Source: Balanoglossus misakiensis
Lineage: Eukaryota; Animalia; Hemichordata
Length of the DNA stretch: 64,000 nucleotides
Reading direction: 5' to 3'
NCBI GenBank assembly: GCA_040954595.2
Contig: CM082579.2
Coordinates: 4,453,227 to 4,517,226 of the forward strand
A model generated the notes under the pieces. It was not told the origin of the DNA. It ran no database searches and saw only the letters and a program-made list of their open reading frames with translations. The translations under genes and the position numbers were made by a program. Of the stretch, positions 61,786 through 64,000 are shown in pieces. The first letter of the stretch is position 1. Each line of letters starts with the position of its first letter.

Positions 61786-64000
61786 TTTTTTGTGGTGTGC
61801 ATGAAGTCTGTCCAGCGAAGAGGCGGCTCTTGAATTTATATCCGTTCCTTCACGTCATATATTTCCGCAGAACAGCTCACTTCTTTTCTGAAAAAAACAA
61901 CAACAAAACACCAAGAGAGTTAGGCAGAATTTCCAGGATGTACGACAGATAAACCACAACTAGAATGGCACAATAGCCTATTGTAGTCTGACACAATACA
62001 TCAGATATACAACAAACATGGACGGGGGAGCACACAGCACTGAATAAGCGGAGGATAAGGGCTATGTACGTTCACTCTCACTCTGATGACGCAAGCAAGC
62101 AACACGCACAGAAAGCATCCTTGTTTCGTCACGGAGTACCAAGAAAGCAAGAATTTACGTCGTTGATCTTTAATAATACCAAAAAGAAGAAGGTTCTGCT
62201 GTACATGAAATGTTTGTATTATATTATCAACTTTTCGTGTGTGATTTGTTTCAGATATCGTACAACAGAACCTCCTCGACCACATGATAGATATCGTATT
62301 GCATGCGACCCGCGCGGTGCCAAACGACTTCCAACGACACCGCTCTCATTGTCCACCGGTAACTTCACCGGGGAAATGTTTCTCTCTCTTTTGTGGGCGA
62401 GACGACTTTCGCACGACCTTACACGAACTCAAGTCGGGCATGATAGAAGGAGTCCGATCCGTAAATAATGTATCAAACGACTGGATATTACCGTGTAAGA
62501 GAAACACCCCGTCAAATTCGAACACAATACCGCCGTGGGTAATTCATTTGTCGCCGAACAGGTATACCATTACACTATTGTAGTGCATAAGTATTATAGT
62601 CCCTAAAAAGTGCCGAATAAAGACTAGTGATATTATCGCGCGATAATGAACGTGCAATTTCTCTATCGCGATTTGTTTTGCTCTTTCTTCATGTGAAGGA
62701 ATTGCTTCCCTGTAAACATACATATACAACTGGTCAAATCTCGCCAAGCCACATAACTTGAAGACGAGGGGCCCTGGCCTGAAAGCCTGTTTGATTCGAG
62801 AATACGTGTACGTGCACCACTGACACCGTGTAATTTGTTTGACTTCGAATCAAATTAGTGGTTATTGATCGGCCGTTCTCGTGAAGAAGACACGACGGCC
62901 TTTGTTCTTTCTCAATCCATCTCGGGGGACTCGCGAGTCCGCGGGGGACCTGCTGAACAATGGGCCATTTTCGTAACTGTCAGACCTACAGAGTGGACAA
63001 TGGAACCCCCTCTTGACCACTTATTGTATTTGTGAAAGGGGATTTCGGGCACCAGATAGGTTTTAATGACTGTGATAAAAACGGGAAAAATGAAATAATG
63101 CCGCATGATCGGTTCTTTTGCCGTAAAAAACACCGATGCTATGTAGGGCCTTGTGAGGGGGAAATAGTTCGCTGTGAAGTGGTTTTGTGCAAAGAGATCC
63201 CCAACGACTGGATAAATTAGTCGTGGGACCCAGTTGTAATTTTTACGGAAAATTGGAGAGCGTTCGATGTCAATGCACCGCGGGGAACGAGTGACAGGGG
63301 AGATGACCGGTATATCGGCAAGATTAAAGGTCATCGAACGGGGCAAGCCACGATACAAACCGATCGATTTCTATATCTTTTAATTACGTGACGAAACTAT
63401 CCAGCTTATAGAGACAAGCAGGCGTTACGATGTAACGTTGTCAATCCAATATAAGTTAAATCGGCGAAGAGGGGCCGGCGAAGCGCTGGTCACTGAAATT
63501 CAATGTTTTGAATTTGAATTGCTTGCGGGGGGTGGCGGTGGGGTGAGGTGGAATCGATGAGCTGACAACAGCCGTTACACGATATTTCACTCGTAAATAA
63601 TACTTGATCGGGGCATAAACAAAACCCACGTGTAAAAAAAAAACAATACAGACCTTTTTTTATCGAATTTGCGACTGAATTGTAAATATATTTAGCTCTC
63701 GTGGGGGTGTAAGGTATGGACAGTTTAGCGTAGTGGGGGCGTTTGTACCATACATTTCGTCAGACTCTTTATATATGCAGTCATGTCTCTCGGGATAACC
63801 TAGCAACCGAAGCAGAGGTATCCAGCAACTACTAACTATTGGCAAAACAAGCGAGTCAGTGGTAAAGGGAAATAGGTCGGTCAACCAAACTAAACCGTAG
63901 ATTAGCATCTGACTGTCCGTATTTCTGACTTTCTATAACCACCTGTGCGTGCATGTTGCGTTCCTTGGCCGTGTGTTATGCCACGGTATCAACACCTTGT

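Noticed and set aside
62912-63358. 148-aa minus-strand ORF
   Set aside because: Non-ATG start, no family resemblance, no flanking splice support
1-64000. CRISPR arrays, operons, rRNA or other prokaryotic systems
   Set aside because: The window is spliceosomal-intron-containing animal DNA; no regularly spaced repeat-spacer array or rRNA-like sequence was seen

Overview
This is eukaryotic, intron-rich genomic DNA from an invertebrate animal (a deuterostome such as a hemichordate or echinoderm is plausible but not provable here). I rebuilt five protein-coding genes by hand from GT-AG splice sites with consistent intron phases. (1, 2) Two tandem + strand cholecystokinin/gastrin/sulfakinin-type GPCR paralogues (2386-4919 and 25170-33565) share three intron positions but differ at ligand-pocket residues. 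(3) A 7-exon secreted C-type lectin + F5/8C (discoidin) gene lies at 36431-38891. (4) A large minus-strand CNBD2/CRIS-like cyclic-nucleotide-binding gene has 14 core exons (39791-48397) and appears to have three alternative phase-0 first coding exons (48568-48687, 53873-54370, 60523-61785). (5) An intronless nucleotide-diphospho-sugar transferase (GT77-like) gene is nested on the same strand inside one CNBD2 intron (42906-44246). Non-coding features include a Kolobok/T2-type MITE with ~250-bp inverted arms, a 32-bp hAT-like remnant with a perfect 8-bp TSD, a tRNA-derived SINE, microsatellites, RFX X-boxes, many palindromic CRE octamers and a distant branch point. Family assignments come from remembered motifs, not from searches.
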